In this document: one piece after another, positions 9,567 through 19,824 of the stretch
Position numbering within the stretch: position 1 is the stretch's first letter
Layout of the letters: every line of letters begins with the position of its first letter
Origin: Candidatus Thalassarchaeaceae archaeon
Lineage (GTDB): Archaea > Thermoplasmatota > Poseidoniia > Poseidoniales > Thalassarchaeaceae
Length of the DNA: 64,000 nt
NCBI GenBank assembly: GCA_023700245.1
Contig: JAJPRE010000002.1
Location: forward strand, 34,363 to 98,362
Reading direction: 5' to 3'
The notes under the pieces: generated by a model
Seen by the model: only the letters and a program-made list of their open reading frames with translations
The model's database searches: none
Told to the model about the DNA's origin: nothing
Position numbers and translations under genes: made by a program

Positions 9567-11339
9567 ATGGCAGAGTCTAGGCACCCATTGATTCGACTTC
9601 TATCTCACCTTAGGCGACATAGGTCAACCGTAATACTCGCCTCTATTTGTTCAATTTTAAATAAAATATGGGACCTTGCTCCACCATTATTGATTGGGAT
9701 GGCAATCGATGTTGTTGCACTAAAAGAAGAGTCATATTTGGCAACTTGGTATCCAGACCCAAAAGATCAATTTCTGCTGCTAACTGCTGCTACTGCCATC
9801 ATATGGATTTTGGAATCTATTTTTCAATATCTATATGATGTCCTTTGGCGAAATCTTGCTCAAACTGCACAACATGATCTAAGGATGGATGCATATTCTC
9901 ATATTCAAGATTTGGAGATGCAATGGTTCTCAGAGCAAACAACTGGGGGCTTAATGTCAGTAATGAATGATGACGTTAACCAATTAGAAAGATTTTTGGA
10001 TCAAGGTGCTAATGATCTTTTCCAAGTGGCCACTACGGTTTTTGTAGTTGGGGGAATAATGCTATTTTTAGCTCCAGAAGTTGCAATATGGGCTATTTTA
10101 CCTGTTCCTGTTATCGTCGGAGGATCCTTCCTTTTTCAAAGAAAAATAGGGGTAAGGTACTCCAATGTTCGAAAAGAAGTAAGTGATTTAAATGCAACAT
10201 TAAATAATAATTTACAAGGTATTACAACAATAAAATCATTTACTGCAGAGAACAGGGAAATTGAACGAGTTGAAATGGCATCTGCATCATATAGAGATGC
10301 TAATAGGGATGCAATCAAGCTTTCTGCATCCTTTGTTCCTTTAATTAGGATGGCCATCCTATTTGCATTTACTGCAAATATGCTGGTCGGCGGCTGGCTT
10401 GCGCTGGAAGGAGAATTAAGCCTTGGAGCATATTCGGTAATTGTATTCATTACTCAACGCCTATTATGGCCATTAACTAGATTGGGTCAAACTTTTGATC
10501 TTTACCAAAGAGCTATGGCTTCAACAACACGTGTACTTGATTTACTTGATACAAAAGTAGGGATTGTTGAGGGAAATCACTCATTAGAATCTATTCAAGG
10601 AGATATCAATTTTAAAAATATTGACTTTGCTTATTCCAATAGGGAAGATGTATTAAAGAATCTTAATTTATCTATTCCTTCAGGTTCAACAGTAGGCCTT
10701 GTGGGTGCTACCGGTTCGGGTAAAACAACATTGATTAGATTATTATTACGTTTTCATGATTCCTCAAATGGGATAATATCTATAGATGGATTTGATGTTC
10801 GTAATCTAACATTAAATTCTTTACGTAAATCTATTGGCTTAGTTAGTCAGAATACTACTTTATTTCCAGGTTCTGTCCGTGAAAATATTTTGTATGGCAA
10901 CCCAGATGCTAGTCAAGATGAAATTATCAATGCAGCTAAAGTTGGTGAGGCATTAGCCTTTATAGAAGAATTACCAAATAAGTGGGACACCAATATTGGT
11001 GAAGATGGGCATAAACTTTCTGGAGGGCAAAGACAACGGCTTGCTATAGCTAGAGCAGTGTTAAAGAATGCTCCAATTTTAATTCTAGATGAGGCTACAA
11101 GCAATGTGGACAATGAAACAGAGGCGGCATTACAAAGATCCATTGAGAAAATATCTGAAAATAGGACAACTTTAATTATCGCCCATAGGCTATCTACTGT
11201 CAGAAATGCAGATATAATTGCAGTAATAGAAGGAGGCCAAGTATCTGAATCCGGTACTCACGATTCCCTGTTAAGAAATGATGGACTATACTCCCGGCTA
11301 TGGAAGGTTCAAACAGGCGAATTACAAATCGTTAATTAG
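9567..11339 (+). CDS. ABC exporter, fused permease/ATPase (MsbA/MdlB-like)
   Basis: N-terminal TM domain, GATGSGKT, LSGGQRQR, ILDEATS, IAHRLST. Confidence 0.92.
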   Translation: MAESRHPLIRLLSHLRRHRSTVILASICSILNKIWDLAPPLLIGMAIDVVALKEESYLATWYPDPKDQFLLLTAATAIIWILESIFQYLYDVLWRNLAQTAQHDLRMDAYSHIQDLEMQWFSEQTTGGLMSVMNDDVNQLERFLDQGANDLFQVATTVFVVGGIMLFLAPEVAIWAILPVPVIVGGSFLFQRKIGVRYSNVRKEVSDLNATLNNNLQGITTIKSFTAENREIERVEMASASYRDANRDAIKLSASFVPLIRMAILFAFTANMLVGGWLALEGELSLGAYSVIVFITQRLLWPLTRLGQTFDLYQRAMASTTRVLDLLDTKVGIVEGNHSLESIQGDINFKNIDFAYSNREDVLKNLNLSIPSGSTVGLVGATGSGKTTLIRLLLRFHDSSNGIISIDGFDVRNLTLNSLRKSIGLVSQNTTLFPGSVRENILYGNPDASQDEIINAAKVGEALAFIEELPNKWDTNIGEDGHKLSGGQRQRLAIARAVLKNAPILILDEATSNVDNETEAALQRSIEKISENRTTLIIAHRLSTVRNADIIAVIEGGQVSESGTHDSLLRNDGLYSRLWKVQTGELQIVN

Positions 11340-11350
11340 GGGAAATTAGT

Positions 11351-11770
11351 TTGAGTATTGAGGATAAAAGTGTTCCAAAAATTTCTGTTCTAGCGGAATC
11401 TATGGGGATTAAATTAATTAATTTTCAAGAAGGAACATGTTCTGTTTATGCAAAGATATTGCCTCTTCACCTTAATGCCGGAGGAGTTGCTCATGGAGGG
11501 CTACATGCAACTATGCTAGATACTGCACTTGGTAGTGCACTGGTATCTACAATAAATAAAGATGAATGGTGCGCAACTGCACAACTCGATATTTCATATA
11601 TTGAACCAGGTTATGAAGGGGAGGAATTAATTGCTAATGGTTTTGTAATGAGAAGGGGAAGGACGCTAGCACACTGTGAAGGTACAATATCTGATTCAGA
11701 GGGTAAATTAATTGCAACTGGAAAGGGAACATGGATTATTTGGCAAATCAAACCAAAGAATTTACTTTAG
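11351..11770 (+). CDS. PaaI-family hotdog thioesterase
   Basis: HLNAGGVAHGGLHATMLDTALG, GRTLAHCEG. Confidence 0.88.
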   Translation: MSIEDKSVPKISVLAESMGIKLINFQEGTCSVYAKILPLHLNAGGVAHGGLHATMLDTALGSALVSTINKDEWCATAQLDISYIEPGYEGEELIANGFVMRRGRTLAHCEGTISDSEGKLIATGKGTWIIWQIKPKNLL

Positions 11771-11803
11771 TGTAATCATGACGGGCACATATTCATTAGG
11801 CAC

Positions 11804-12166
11804 ATGTCTTCACCCGATAACATGGCTAGAACAGATTCTATGATTTGGTTTATACTTGGTTTTGCCCAATTAATAGTTGCTAATTTAAATTATGGCGACG
11901 GAATACTTCAGATATTGGAAATCTTTCTCAATGTTTCAGGAGGGAGTTCTGTCATGGTGGGCCTTTATGTCTTATTGTTCATGGCTAAACACAGTCAAGA
12001 CTTCTCCGATGTTTATACTAAATATGAGAAAAGTGAAGTCATAAGATCAGATGAAGGCAACCTCGTAATTACTGATGGAGACTCCGTAGTAGCAAAAGGA
12101 ATGGGTATCATAGTTCCAGCAATACTTTCAGTATGTGCCGCGATTTATTGGCTAGCGTCAAATTAA
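11804..12166 (+). CDS. Hypothetical membrane protein
   Basis: Three hydrophobic segments; co-oriented with neighbours. Confidence 0.6.
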   Translation: MSSPDNMARTDSMIWFILGFAQLIVANLNYGDGILQILEIFLNVSGGSSVMVGLYVLLFMAKHSQDFSDVYTKYEKSEVIRSDEGNLVITDGDSVVAKGMGIIVPAILSVCAAIYWLASN

Positions 12167-12182
12167 AGGATGTGCACCTTTC

Positions 12183-12440
12183 TTGGAAGATAATCCAAAA
12201 GAATCTATTGTAGATAAAGTAGTAAATAATCCTGCATATGATTTATTGGGAGGATATCAATTATTCCTTAGGAGAGTCACAATTCCAATTTTACTTACAT
12301 TATTTTTATTACTATCATATACAATTTTTCTAAATTTTACTAATTCAAGTAATTCTTTCATACTTTCTTTTGGTTTCACTGGACTTATGTTAGGACCAGT
12401 TCTTAATTTAGATAGATTCATTGCAGAATTATTAAAATGA
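12183..12440 (+). CDS. Hypothetical small membrane protein
   Basis: Two hydrophobic segments; TTG start after AAGGA; T-tracts downstream. Confidence 0.5.
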   Translation: MEDNPKESIVDKVVNNPAYDLLGGYQLFLRRVTIPILLTLFLLLSYTIFLNFTNSSNSFILSFGFTGLMLGPVLNLDRFIAELLK

Positions 12441-12507
12441 CAGTTTTTTAATATTTTTTTATAATTTCGCCGAATATATCAAGTGTCATGACTCCTAGCA
12501 AGGGTTA

Positions 12508-13104
12508 ATGGCGCTAATAGATGAACTAATATTCGATTTATTTGGACTTTCGGCACCTACTGGCATAGAAATAATATTTGCTGGATCCGCAGTGATTGGG
12601 GGGGCTCTATTCTTATTTTGGTTTGCACTAATGATGATTGGAGGCATAACTGCCGACTTATTTGATGGTTTACTTGGTACTGACATCGATGCAATTGGGG
12701 CAGATGCATCATTTAAAGCATTGACTTTTCAAGGAATTATGGTTTTTATGATGTTTTTTGGTCTAGGTGGACTTTTTGTTCTTAAATCAGATGGAGGTAA
12801 CTCAATTGCAGTATTCGTCGGAGGAGTTTGTGGATTTGTATCGATGTATGGGACTGGAAAAATGTTTGAATTTTTTGTAGGCTTACAAGCCGATGGCACA
12901 GTGGACATCTCCCAGTCTATAGGTGCAAAAGGTACTGTTTATCTAGGAATAACCGAAGGTGAAGTTGGTCAAGTCCAGGTTGAGGTTGATGGGACAATGC
13001 GCACATACCCTGCCCGATGTCTAAATAAAAATGCGATTGATTATGGTGTGTTAATTCAAGTAAAAGAAGTCGTGGCTGGTACATTATTAGTTGAAAGAAT
13101 TTAG
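12508..13104 (+). CDS. NfeD-like (YuaF-type) membrane protein with C-terminal OB fold
   Basis: TM bundle with FFGLGG, then IGAKGTVYLGI...GQVQVEVDG...LLVER; directly upstream of flotillin. Confidence 0.8.
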   Translation: MALIDELIFDLFGLSAPTGIEIIFAGSAVIGGALFLFWFALMMIGGITADLFDGLLGTDIDAIGADASFKALTFQGIMVFMMFFGLGGLFVLKSDGGNSIAVFVGGVCGFVSMYGTGKMFEFFVGLQADGTVDISQSIGAKGTVYLGITEGEVGQVQVEVDGTMRTYPARCLNKNAIDYGVLIQVKEVVAGTLLVERI

Positions 13105-13195
13105 TATTTTTTTTTGTATTTTCTATTATTTATGATGTCAGGCCGGCGAAGCATTCATCACTGACTGCTATCTCATACATGTCGGAGAAGTTGAT

Positions 13196-14638
13196 ATGTC
13201 GGTATATGAGACAATGCAGGAAAGCAATAGTGGTACTGATGGTGGTGCAATATTAACAATAATGTTATTTGCAATAATGTTGGTTTTTGCTGGGACAATA
13301 ATGTTCTTTGCTCAAAGGTATAAGAGATGCCCTCCTGATAAAATTATGGTAGTATATGGTAGAACTGAAAAAGGTAGGGCTTCAAAAACAATTCATGGTG
13401 GTGCAACCTTAGTGTGGCCACTGATTCAAGATTATGCCTTTCTTCCATTGACTCCAATTACAATTTCCATACCACTTGAAAATGCACTATCTAAACAAAA
13501 TATTAGGATAAGTATTCCAAGTACCTTTACTGTTGCTATAAGTACCGAACCACCTGTTATGTCTAATGCTGCTAACCGCCTATTGGGACTTAATATTGCA
13601 GATATTGAATCTATGGCTGCGGATATAATTTTAGGTCAATTACGTTTAACAGTTGCATCACTTACTATCGAACAAATAAATCAAGATAGGGAAGCATTTC
13701 TTTTTGAAATTCAGAAAAACGTTGATACTGAACTCCTAAAAATAGGATTATATCTCATAAATGTGAATTTGGTTGATATTACTGATGACTCAATGTACAT
13801 AGACAGTATAGGGAAGAAAGCTGCCGCAACTGCTGTTAATAATGCATTAGTGGATGTTTCAAATGCTGAAAGGGATGGTGCAATCGGATCATCCTTAGCT
13901 AGAAGAGAAAAAGAAATCCAAGTTGCAGATAACAATGCACAAGCAGTAAAGGGGCAGAAGCAAGCAGAAGCAGATAGACGTACTTTCGTAGAAGAGCAAG
14001 AAGCATTTGCTATCACAGGAGAAAATACCGCAAAGGAATCAATTGCTAGATCTAATGCCCAATTGGAAATAGCACAAGCGTCGGCAAAACAAGATGCAGA
14101 AGTTGCAAAGGCCAACGCTGAAGCATCCATTCAACGTGCTAAATATGATGAGGCAGAAGAAACACTAAAGGCACAAGAAATCGTGCGTGAGGAAATTCAA
14201 AAGCAACAGATTGAAATTGCAGCAAATGCCGAAGCGCAACGTATCCGTCTCGTAGCACAAGGTGAAGCAGATGGACTATTGGCTAAGTATAAAGCTGAAG
14301 CTGAAGGTATTCAACAATTATTGGAGGCCAAAGCTACAGGTTATGCTAAGCTTGTTTCCAGTGCATCTGGTGATGCTAAGGCTGCCGCAACCCTACTTAT
14401 GGTTGAGAAAATTGAATCTATGGTTTCAGCCCAAGTGGAAGCAATACGCAACTTGAAAATTGATAAAATCACTGTCTGGGATGGAGGAAATGCATCGGGC
14501 GATGGTACATCTGCAACAAGTAATTTCGTCAGTAGTTTAGTACAGAGTTTACCTCCAATACATGATGTTGCAAAGATGGCAGGCGTAGATTTGCCGGATT
14601 ATTTGGGGTCACTAAATCAGCCTTCTGATGATTCTTGA
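13196..14638 (+). CDS. Flotillin / SPFH-domain protein (FloT-like)
   Basis: N-terminal TM, RYKRCPPDKIMVVYG, HGGATLVWPLIQ, GQLRLTVASLTIEQINQDRE, AEA-rich coiled coil, IKIDKITVWD-like motif. Confidence 0.9.
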   Translation: MSVYETMQESNSGTDGGAILTIMLFAIMLVFAGTIMFFAQRYKRCPPDKIMVVYGRTEKGRASKTIHGGATLVWPLIQDYAFLPLTPITISIPLENALSKQNIRISIPSTFTVAISTEPPVMSNAANRLLGLNIADIESMAADIILGQLRLTVASLTIEQINQDREAFLFEIQKNVDTELLKIGLYLINVNLVDITDDSMYIDSIGKKAAATAVNNALVDVSNAERDGAIGSSLARREKEIQVADNNAQAVKGQKQAEADRRTFVEEQEAFAITGENTAKESIARSNAQLEIAQASAKQDAEVAKANAEASIQRAKYDEAEETLKAQEIVREEIQKQQIEIAANAEAQRIRLVAQGEADGLLAKYKAEAEGIQQLLEAKATGYAKLVSSASGDAKAAATLLMVEKIESMVSAQVEAIRNLKIDKITVWDGGNASGDGTSATSNFVSSLVQSLPPIHDVAKMAGVDLPDYLGSLNQPSDDS

Positions 14639-14687
14639 TATCCTTAGATAGTTAGACTCATGAACGCCACCCCCCCGATGGGGCATC

Positions 14688-15935
14688 ATGGACATGGAAG
14701 ACGTAGTTATTATTGGAGGGGCCAGAACTCCATTTTGTGAGTGGCTAGGCGGTAAAAGAGGAGATGGAATCACCGGAGGAAGACTGTCAGAAATTTCAGC
14801 AGAAGACTTAGGTTCCATAGCAATAAAAGGCGCTTTAGATATTACAAATACGGATCCACAATCAGTAAATCATGTTGTTATGGGTCACGCACTTCAAACT
14901 TCAGATCAAGCAATTTTTGGCGCTAGACATTCAGGTCTCAAAGCAGGAATACCTCAAGAGGTTCCAATGTTGACATTAAATCGCCTGTGTGGAAGCGGTG
15001 CCCAATCAATTATTTATGGCGCTCAATTGATTATGCTAGGAGAAGCAGAAGTAGTTATTTCAGGAGGAATGGAAAACCTTAGTCAAGCCCCTCATGTCCT
15101 TAGGGGGATGAGGGATACCTACAAATTAGGCCGTCCTCCAAAAGAGGGTTTTGAACTACCAAAGGATATGGAAGATTATCTATTCACAAATTTAAAGGAT
15201 AATGTTCCTGGCTATTTTATGGCCCAAACTAGTGATGAGTTGTGCTCACGGATGAATATTACACGCCAAGAAGCAGACTCATTCGCAGTCCTCAGCCACC
15301 AGCGTACAGAATTAAGTATTGATAAAGGTATTTTTAAAGAAGAAATCATTAATGTGGATACTCCAAATGGATTAGTGACATCATCTGACGAAGATCATTT
15401 TGTACGAGGGACTTCACTGGAATCTCTCTCAAAACTCAGAGCCCATTTTGGTCCCAAATCTTTAGTTACTGCTGGAAATGCATCCGGCGTTGTTGACGGT
15501 GCCGCTGCTGTAGTTCTAAAATCTGCAAGCAGGGCTGCTAAAGATGGCGATATCCCCATTGCTAAAATAATTTCATGGGGAATAGTTGGCCTAGAGCCCG
15601 CTATTATGGCATATGGGCCCGTTCCCAGTAGTAGATTGGCACTAAAGAAAGCAGGCTTAAAAGTAGATGATATAGATAGATGGGAGATTAATGAAGCCTT
15701 TTCAGGGCAACTTGTAGCGTGCGTTAAAGAATTAAATTTAGATATCTCAAAAGTTAACGTAAATGGCGGTGCTGTAGGACTTGGCCACCCACTTGCAGCA
15801 ACCGGAACTCGCTTAATTCTGACACTTGCTCATGAATTAAAGCGATGCGGAGGAAGATATGGGGTAGCAACTGCATGCATAGGAGGCGGTCAAGGAATTG
15901 CAGTTTTAATAGAATCCATTTCTAATAATAACTAA
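14688..15935 (+). CDS. Acetyl-CoA C-acyltransferase (thiolase)
   Basis: ARTPF, NRLCGSG, TAGNASG, EINEAF, GHPLAATG, CIGGGQG. Confidence 0.95.
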   Translation: MDMEDVVIIGGARTPFCEWLGGKRGDGITGGRLSEISAEDLGSIAIKGALDITNTDPQSVNHVVMGHALQTSDQAIFGARHSGLKAGIPQEVPMLTLNRLCGSGAQSIIYGAQLIMLGEAEVVISGGMENLSQAPHVLRGMRDTYKLGRPPKEGFELPKDMEDYLFTNLKDNVPGYFMAQTSDELCSRMNITRQEADSFAVLSHQRTELSIDKGIFKEEIINVDTPNGLVTSSDEDHFVRGTSLESLSKLRAHFGPKSLVTAGNASGVVDGAAAVVLKSASRAAKDGDIPIAKIISWGIVGLEPAIMAYGPVPSSRLALKKAGLKVDDIDRWEINEAFSGQLVACVKELNLDISKVNVNGGAVGLGHPLAATGTRLILTLAHELKRCGGRYGVATACIGGGQGIAVLIESISNNN

Positions 15936-16740
15936 ATATATCTATACTATATCTTATTAGGCTTAGTATAATTGCAACTAAGAATGGATAAATTAAGAAA
16001 TCCTGTGGAATGATTTTTATTGCTGTCTTGGCCCCTAACCATGAAGATAAAAATACAATAAATCCAATAAATAATATCCATAATCCTATTTCATCAAATA
16101 ACTCCGGGCCACTCTGATCTATAATTAAATGAGATATTATCCCAACAGGAACAATCCATGTTTCTATTATGTATGAAGTTCCTGCAGCCTTATGTGGTTT
16201 CCAATTGAATAATGCTCTATGAAAAGTAACAAATAGCATACCTCCTCCTATTCCCAAAGCACCAGATGTGGTCCCTCCAAAAAAACATAATAATTTATAT
16301 TTTTTAGATGAATTTATTGTCATTAGTTCTAAATTCAAAATATCATTTTCAACATTTTCATCTTTAAATATATTATTTACAGTACTAATAATCACCCATA
16401 TTAATAAAAATGAAGCTGCCAATTTAATTACTAAATCTCCAAAATAATCTATCAATTTAGAGCTAATGACTGTACCACAGATTACTCCTATTAATGCAAA
16501 GGGTATTCCAATTTTTGCAACATCTTTGTCAGCATATCCTCCTTTTACATGTGCCATCCTACTACCTATTGATACGGTTAAGACCAATGATATTGAACCC
16601 AATATAGCTAAATGAATTTCCCATTCTAATAAATATAAGAAAATTGGTAAATAGAATATCCCTCCTCCTAATCCTAAGGGGGAAAACATAAATGCAGTCA
16701 ATAGAATTAAAATAACTGCTATTATTGATATAATTTCCAT
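15922..16740 (-). CDS. TauE/SafE (TSUP) family sulfite exporter
   Basis: Two GLGGG/GIGGG repeats, AAGTS, multi-TM. Confidence 0.85.
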   Translation of the reverse strand: MEIISIIAVILILLTAFMFSPLGLGGGIFYLPIFLYLLEWEIHLAILGSISLVLTVSIGSRMAHVKGGYADKDVAKIGIPFALIGVICGTVISSKLIDYFGDLVIKLAASFLLIWVIISTVNNIFKDENVENDILNLELMTINSSKKYKLLCFFGGTTSGALGIGGGMLFVTFHRALFNWKPHKAAGTSYIIETWIVPVGIISHLIIDQSGPELFDEIGLWILFIGFIVFLSSWLGAKTAIKIIPQDFLIYPFLVAIILSLIRYSIDIFSYY

Positions 16741-16758
16741 ATAAAAACCTACTTTTTA

Positions 16759-17745
16759 TTATGATAACAATATTATTACGATATAACTTGAAAACAACAT
16801 TATTGATGTAGCAATAATTCCGAGTATTAGGATTGGCCCTCCCGCCTTTCTCATACTTTCCTTTGTAATGAAGAAACCAACTGATGCAAGAAGGGGCAGT
16901 AACAAATATTTTCCAAGAGTCGTTAGAAATTCAGAAATTCCAAATGGAAGGAAAAATGTGGATAAAAAGGAGGAAATGATGAATCCAGGTATGAAGTATG
17001 GTATACTTCCAATTTTTGCAGGACTTTGTTCTCCATCACTTATTTTATTTCCAATTATTAAACAAATTGGGACTAATATGATTAATAAGCTAACTCTAGA
17101 AAGCTTAATTGCAGTTGTAATTGCAATTGCTTCGCCTCCAATTGCCTCACCTGCAGCAATTGCTTGCGGGACTGCATGAATGGTGGCTCCTGCCCAAATG
17201 CCTGCTTGTTGTTCCGTTAATCCAAGAAAAGAGGATAGTATTGGTATTATCAAGAATGTTATCAATCCTAATATATTGATTATTGCCAATATCACTCCCA
17301 CATTATCCTCTTTTAATTTAAGTCCTGGTGAGACCGCAATTACGGCACTATTTCCACAAACTGCACCCCCAGTTCCTAGTGCTATGCATGTGGCCAAATC
17401 TATATTCATATATTTCCCAATTATATAGCATATTCCAAAACTACTAATGGCAGTAGCAATAATCGTAAATAATCCAATTAATCCTATTTTTGGATCAAGG
17501 AATGATGTTAGATTTAGTCCAAATCCTAAGAATATTATTGTTACCGGCATTATCTTGCTAATCATCCATTTACCCCCCTTTGCAATGTCAGAAATAAAAA
17601 GTGCAGAGATTGATCCAAAAATTAAAGCAATAGTACTGGCACCTATACTAAATTTAATCGGAATATGAGGGAATAGGAGAGAATTAACCAGATAAGCAAT
17701 TAATGCTATAGTGAATGCTATATTTATCCCCTTAGTTTCTTGCAT
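16759..17745 (-). CDS. YeiH/UPF0324 putative sulfate exporter family membrane protein
   Basis: LGFGLN, GGAVCGNSAVIA, GIWAGATIHAVPQAIAAG, KLSRV. Start moved to ATG 17745 to avoid overlap. Confidence 0.85.
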   Translation of the reverse strand: MQETKGINIAFTIALIAYLVNSLLFPHIPIKFSIGASTIALIFGSISALFISDIAKGGKWMISKIMPVTIIFLGFGLNLTSFLDPKIGLIGLFTIIATAISSFGICYIIGKYMNIDLATCIALGTGGAVCGNSAVIAVSPGLKLKEDNVGVILAIINILGLITFLIIPILSSFLGLTEQQAGIWAGATIHAVPQAIAAGEAIGGEAIAITTAIKLSRVSLLIILVPICLIIGNKISDGEQSPAKIGSIPYFIPGFIISSFLSTFFLPFGISEFLTTLGKYLLLPLLASVGFFITKESMRKAGGPILILGIIATSIMLFSSYIVIILLS

Positions 17746-17756
17746 AATAAATCCCA

Positions 17757-18932
17757 TCATATTCCAAGAACTAGACTCACTATTCCTGCAGCGCCAAGCC
17801 ATGCACCAATTGAAGAACCGATATTGCCGAAAACAGTAACTAATAGAACTTTTCCAACGTTATTTTTCCAAAACACTGAAACTTTATCCATTATTAAAAA
17901 TTCTTTAGCATCTCTGCCTGTGGGGGGTGCCATCTTGAACTGCGTATATCCTGCAAACCATCCAGCAGCTATCGTCGGATTTAAGGAAGTTATTGGTGAA
18001 GCAATTGCCCCCACGATAACTGAAATTGGGTGCCCCCTTGCTAAAATTATGCCTAACCCTGCAAAAATCATATTCAATAGGATCCAAGTTTTAGCAACTT
18101 CTAATACCGCGGTAAATTCTCCTTTATATGCCAACCAGCCTATTGCAGAAAAAATAATCAAAGGAACAATCATCATAATTAATTTAGGTAATTTAGATTT
18201 ATTTGGAATTTCATTTAATTCATTTAAAATTGAACTTGAATCATTATCGAGGTTTGTCAAATTCTTTTTAATTCCTTCAACATGCCCTGCACCAACGACA
18301 GCCAGAATTTTCCCTTTGCTCCGTATTTGCCGAATTCGTTCCGATAAATATATGTCTCGCTCATCAATCAAAGCAATTCCTGCTCCTGGGGCAATATTAC
18401 GCGCCTCTTCTAGCATATTGCTTAGCATGTCGGAATCTTCCAGTAGGTCATCTATTTGTAATTCATCATCATCATCTTCTGACCATAGCATTGCATACAT
18501 TACTTTACATTTTTCAACAAATTTCATTTTCGCCCATGCTCTTCTTAAAGTTATTATTACATCTCTATCAATCAACTCAATTGGAATATCATTATCTTCT
18601 GAAGCCTTAACAGCTGCCAATAATTCTGCTCCTGGCTTTTCACCAGTGGTTAACCCCATTCTTCTCTGCTCTGCCGATAAAGCAGATTGCAACAATACCA
18701 TTGGCGCCTTACCATCATTGATGATTTTAAGCAAAGTCTCTGATTCTAATGAATCAGGCTCTTTAAGTGATTTTAATCTTGATTTGCACAATTCTATGGC
18801 AACTATGTCGGGCCCCCACTCTTTAATTTGTAATTCTACAGTAGCAATCGATTTCTTACTAATGTGCGCAGTTCCGATTATCCTTAGATTATGATCAATT
18901 TGATGAACATCACTAGATAAATATTCGGGCAT
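17757..18932 (-). CDS. TraB/PrgY/GumN family protein
   Basis: IIGTAHIS, VAIELC, KPGAEL, LIDRDVIITLRRAW, LIDERD, VVGAGH, SPITSLNP. Start moved to ATG 18932. Confidence 0.9.
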   Translation of the reverse strand: MPEYLSSDVHQIDHNLRIIGTAHISKKSIATVELQIKEWGPDIVAIELCKSRLKSLKEPDSLESETLLKIINDGKAPMVLLQSALSAEQRRMGLTTGEKPGAELLAAVKASEDNDIPIELIDRDVIITLRRAWAKMKFVEKCKVMYAMLWSEDDDDELQIDDLLEDSDMLSNMLEEARNIAPGAGIALIDERDIYLSERIRQIRSKGKILAVVGAGHVEGIKKNLTNLDNDSSSILNELNEIPNKSKLPKLIMMIVPLIIFSAIGWLAYKGEFTAVLEVAKTWILLNMIFAGLGIILARGHPISVIVGAIASPITSLNPTIAAGWFAGYTQFKMAPPTGRDAKEFLIMDKVSVFWKNNVGKVLLVTVFGNIGSSIGAWLGAAGIVSLVLGI

Positions 18933-18936
18933 AATA

Positions 18937-19770
18937 TCACTTAATTGCTCCCATTGCGAGATATAGGTCATTATGTTCTGCAACATCGTGAACTCTGATT
19001 ATATCTACTTCTTTTGATGGTGCCATTGCTGCAACTCCTAATGTGCCTGCGAGTCTGTCTATATTTTCATCTCTTCCTAAAAGATCTGCAAATAATTTCT
19101 TTCTACTGACCCCCCACATTAATGAAATTTCTCTATCTGGTAATATTTCTCTTCCTGCTGATAGAAGTTGAAGATTATGCTCAAGTAATTTACCAAAACC
19201 TATTCCTGGATCATTAATTATATATTTTGTTTCAATTCCAAATTCCACTAACTCTCTGTTTTTACTTTCAAAGAAATAATTTACATCTTTAATTACATTT
19301 TCATAACTTGGATTATTTTGCATATTTCCTGGTAAACCCTTCATGTGCATAATACAAATGGGACACTTACTATCCAAGACAGTACTCTTCATTTCTGAAT
19401 CTGATAATCCAGAAACATCATTTATCATGTCTGCACCATTTATAATCGCCTCTTTTGCAACTACTGATTTTCGAGTATCTATTGATATTCCAATATCTGG
19501 TAATGCATCCCGAACATACTCAATTGCTTTAGAAATTCTAAGAAGTTCTGTTTCGGGAGATACAAATCCTGCTCCCGGCCTAGTCGATTCTCCACCTATA
19601 TCTATCCAATCCGCACCATTATCGGCCATGTGAATTGCTCTTTCTACAATTAAATCTATATTATTAAGTCGCGAATTCTTAAAAAACGAATCAGGAGTCA
19701 AATTTATGATCCCCATTATTCTCGGAAATCCATTTTTTCGGCGTTTCATAATAGGTCGCCAGTCAGCCAT
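18937..19770 (-). CDS. folP: Dihydropteroate synthase
   Basis: MGIINLTPDSF, DIGGESTRPGA, SIDT, INDVSG, MHM, DPGIGFGK, SRK, RVHDV. Start moved to ATG 19770. Confidence 0.93.
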   Translation of the reverse strand: MADWRPIMKRRKNGFPRIMGIINLTPDSFFKNSRLNNIDLIVERAIHMADNGADWIDIGGESTRPGAGFVSPETELLRISKAIEYVRDALPDIGISIDTRKSVVAKEAIINGADMINDVSGLSDSEMKSTVLDSKCPICIMHMKGLPGNMQNNPSYENVIKDVNYFFESKNRELVEFGIETKYIINDPGIGFGKLLEHNLQLLSAGREILPDREISLMWGVSRKKLFADLLGRDENIDRLAGTLGVAAMAPSKEVDIIRVHDVAEHNDLYLAMGAIK

Positions 19771-19824
19771 ATTGTACTTCCATTCTGCGTATCCTTTATG
19801 ATGTGACGGAGAGACAAGACGTAT

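Noticed and set aside
13131..13165. Possible C/D-box sRNA (ATGATGT...CTGA) between nfeD and flotillin
   Set aside because: Imperfect C box, only about 34 nt, no clear C'/D' boxes; more likely promoter sequence.
17740..18894. 384-aa plus-strand ORF
   Set aside because: Antisense shadow of the well-supported TraB-family gene; no motifs.
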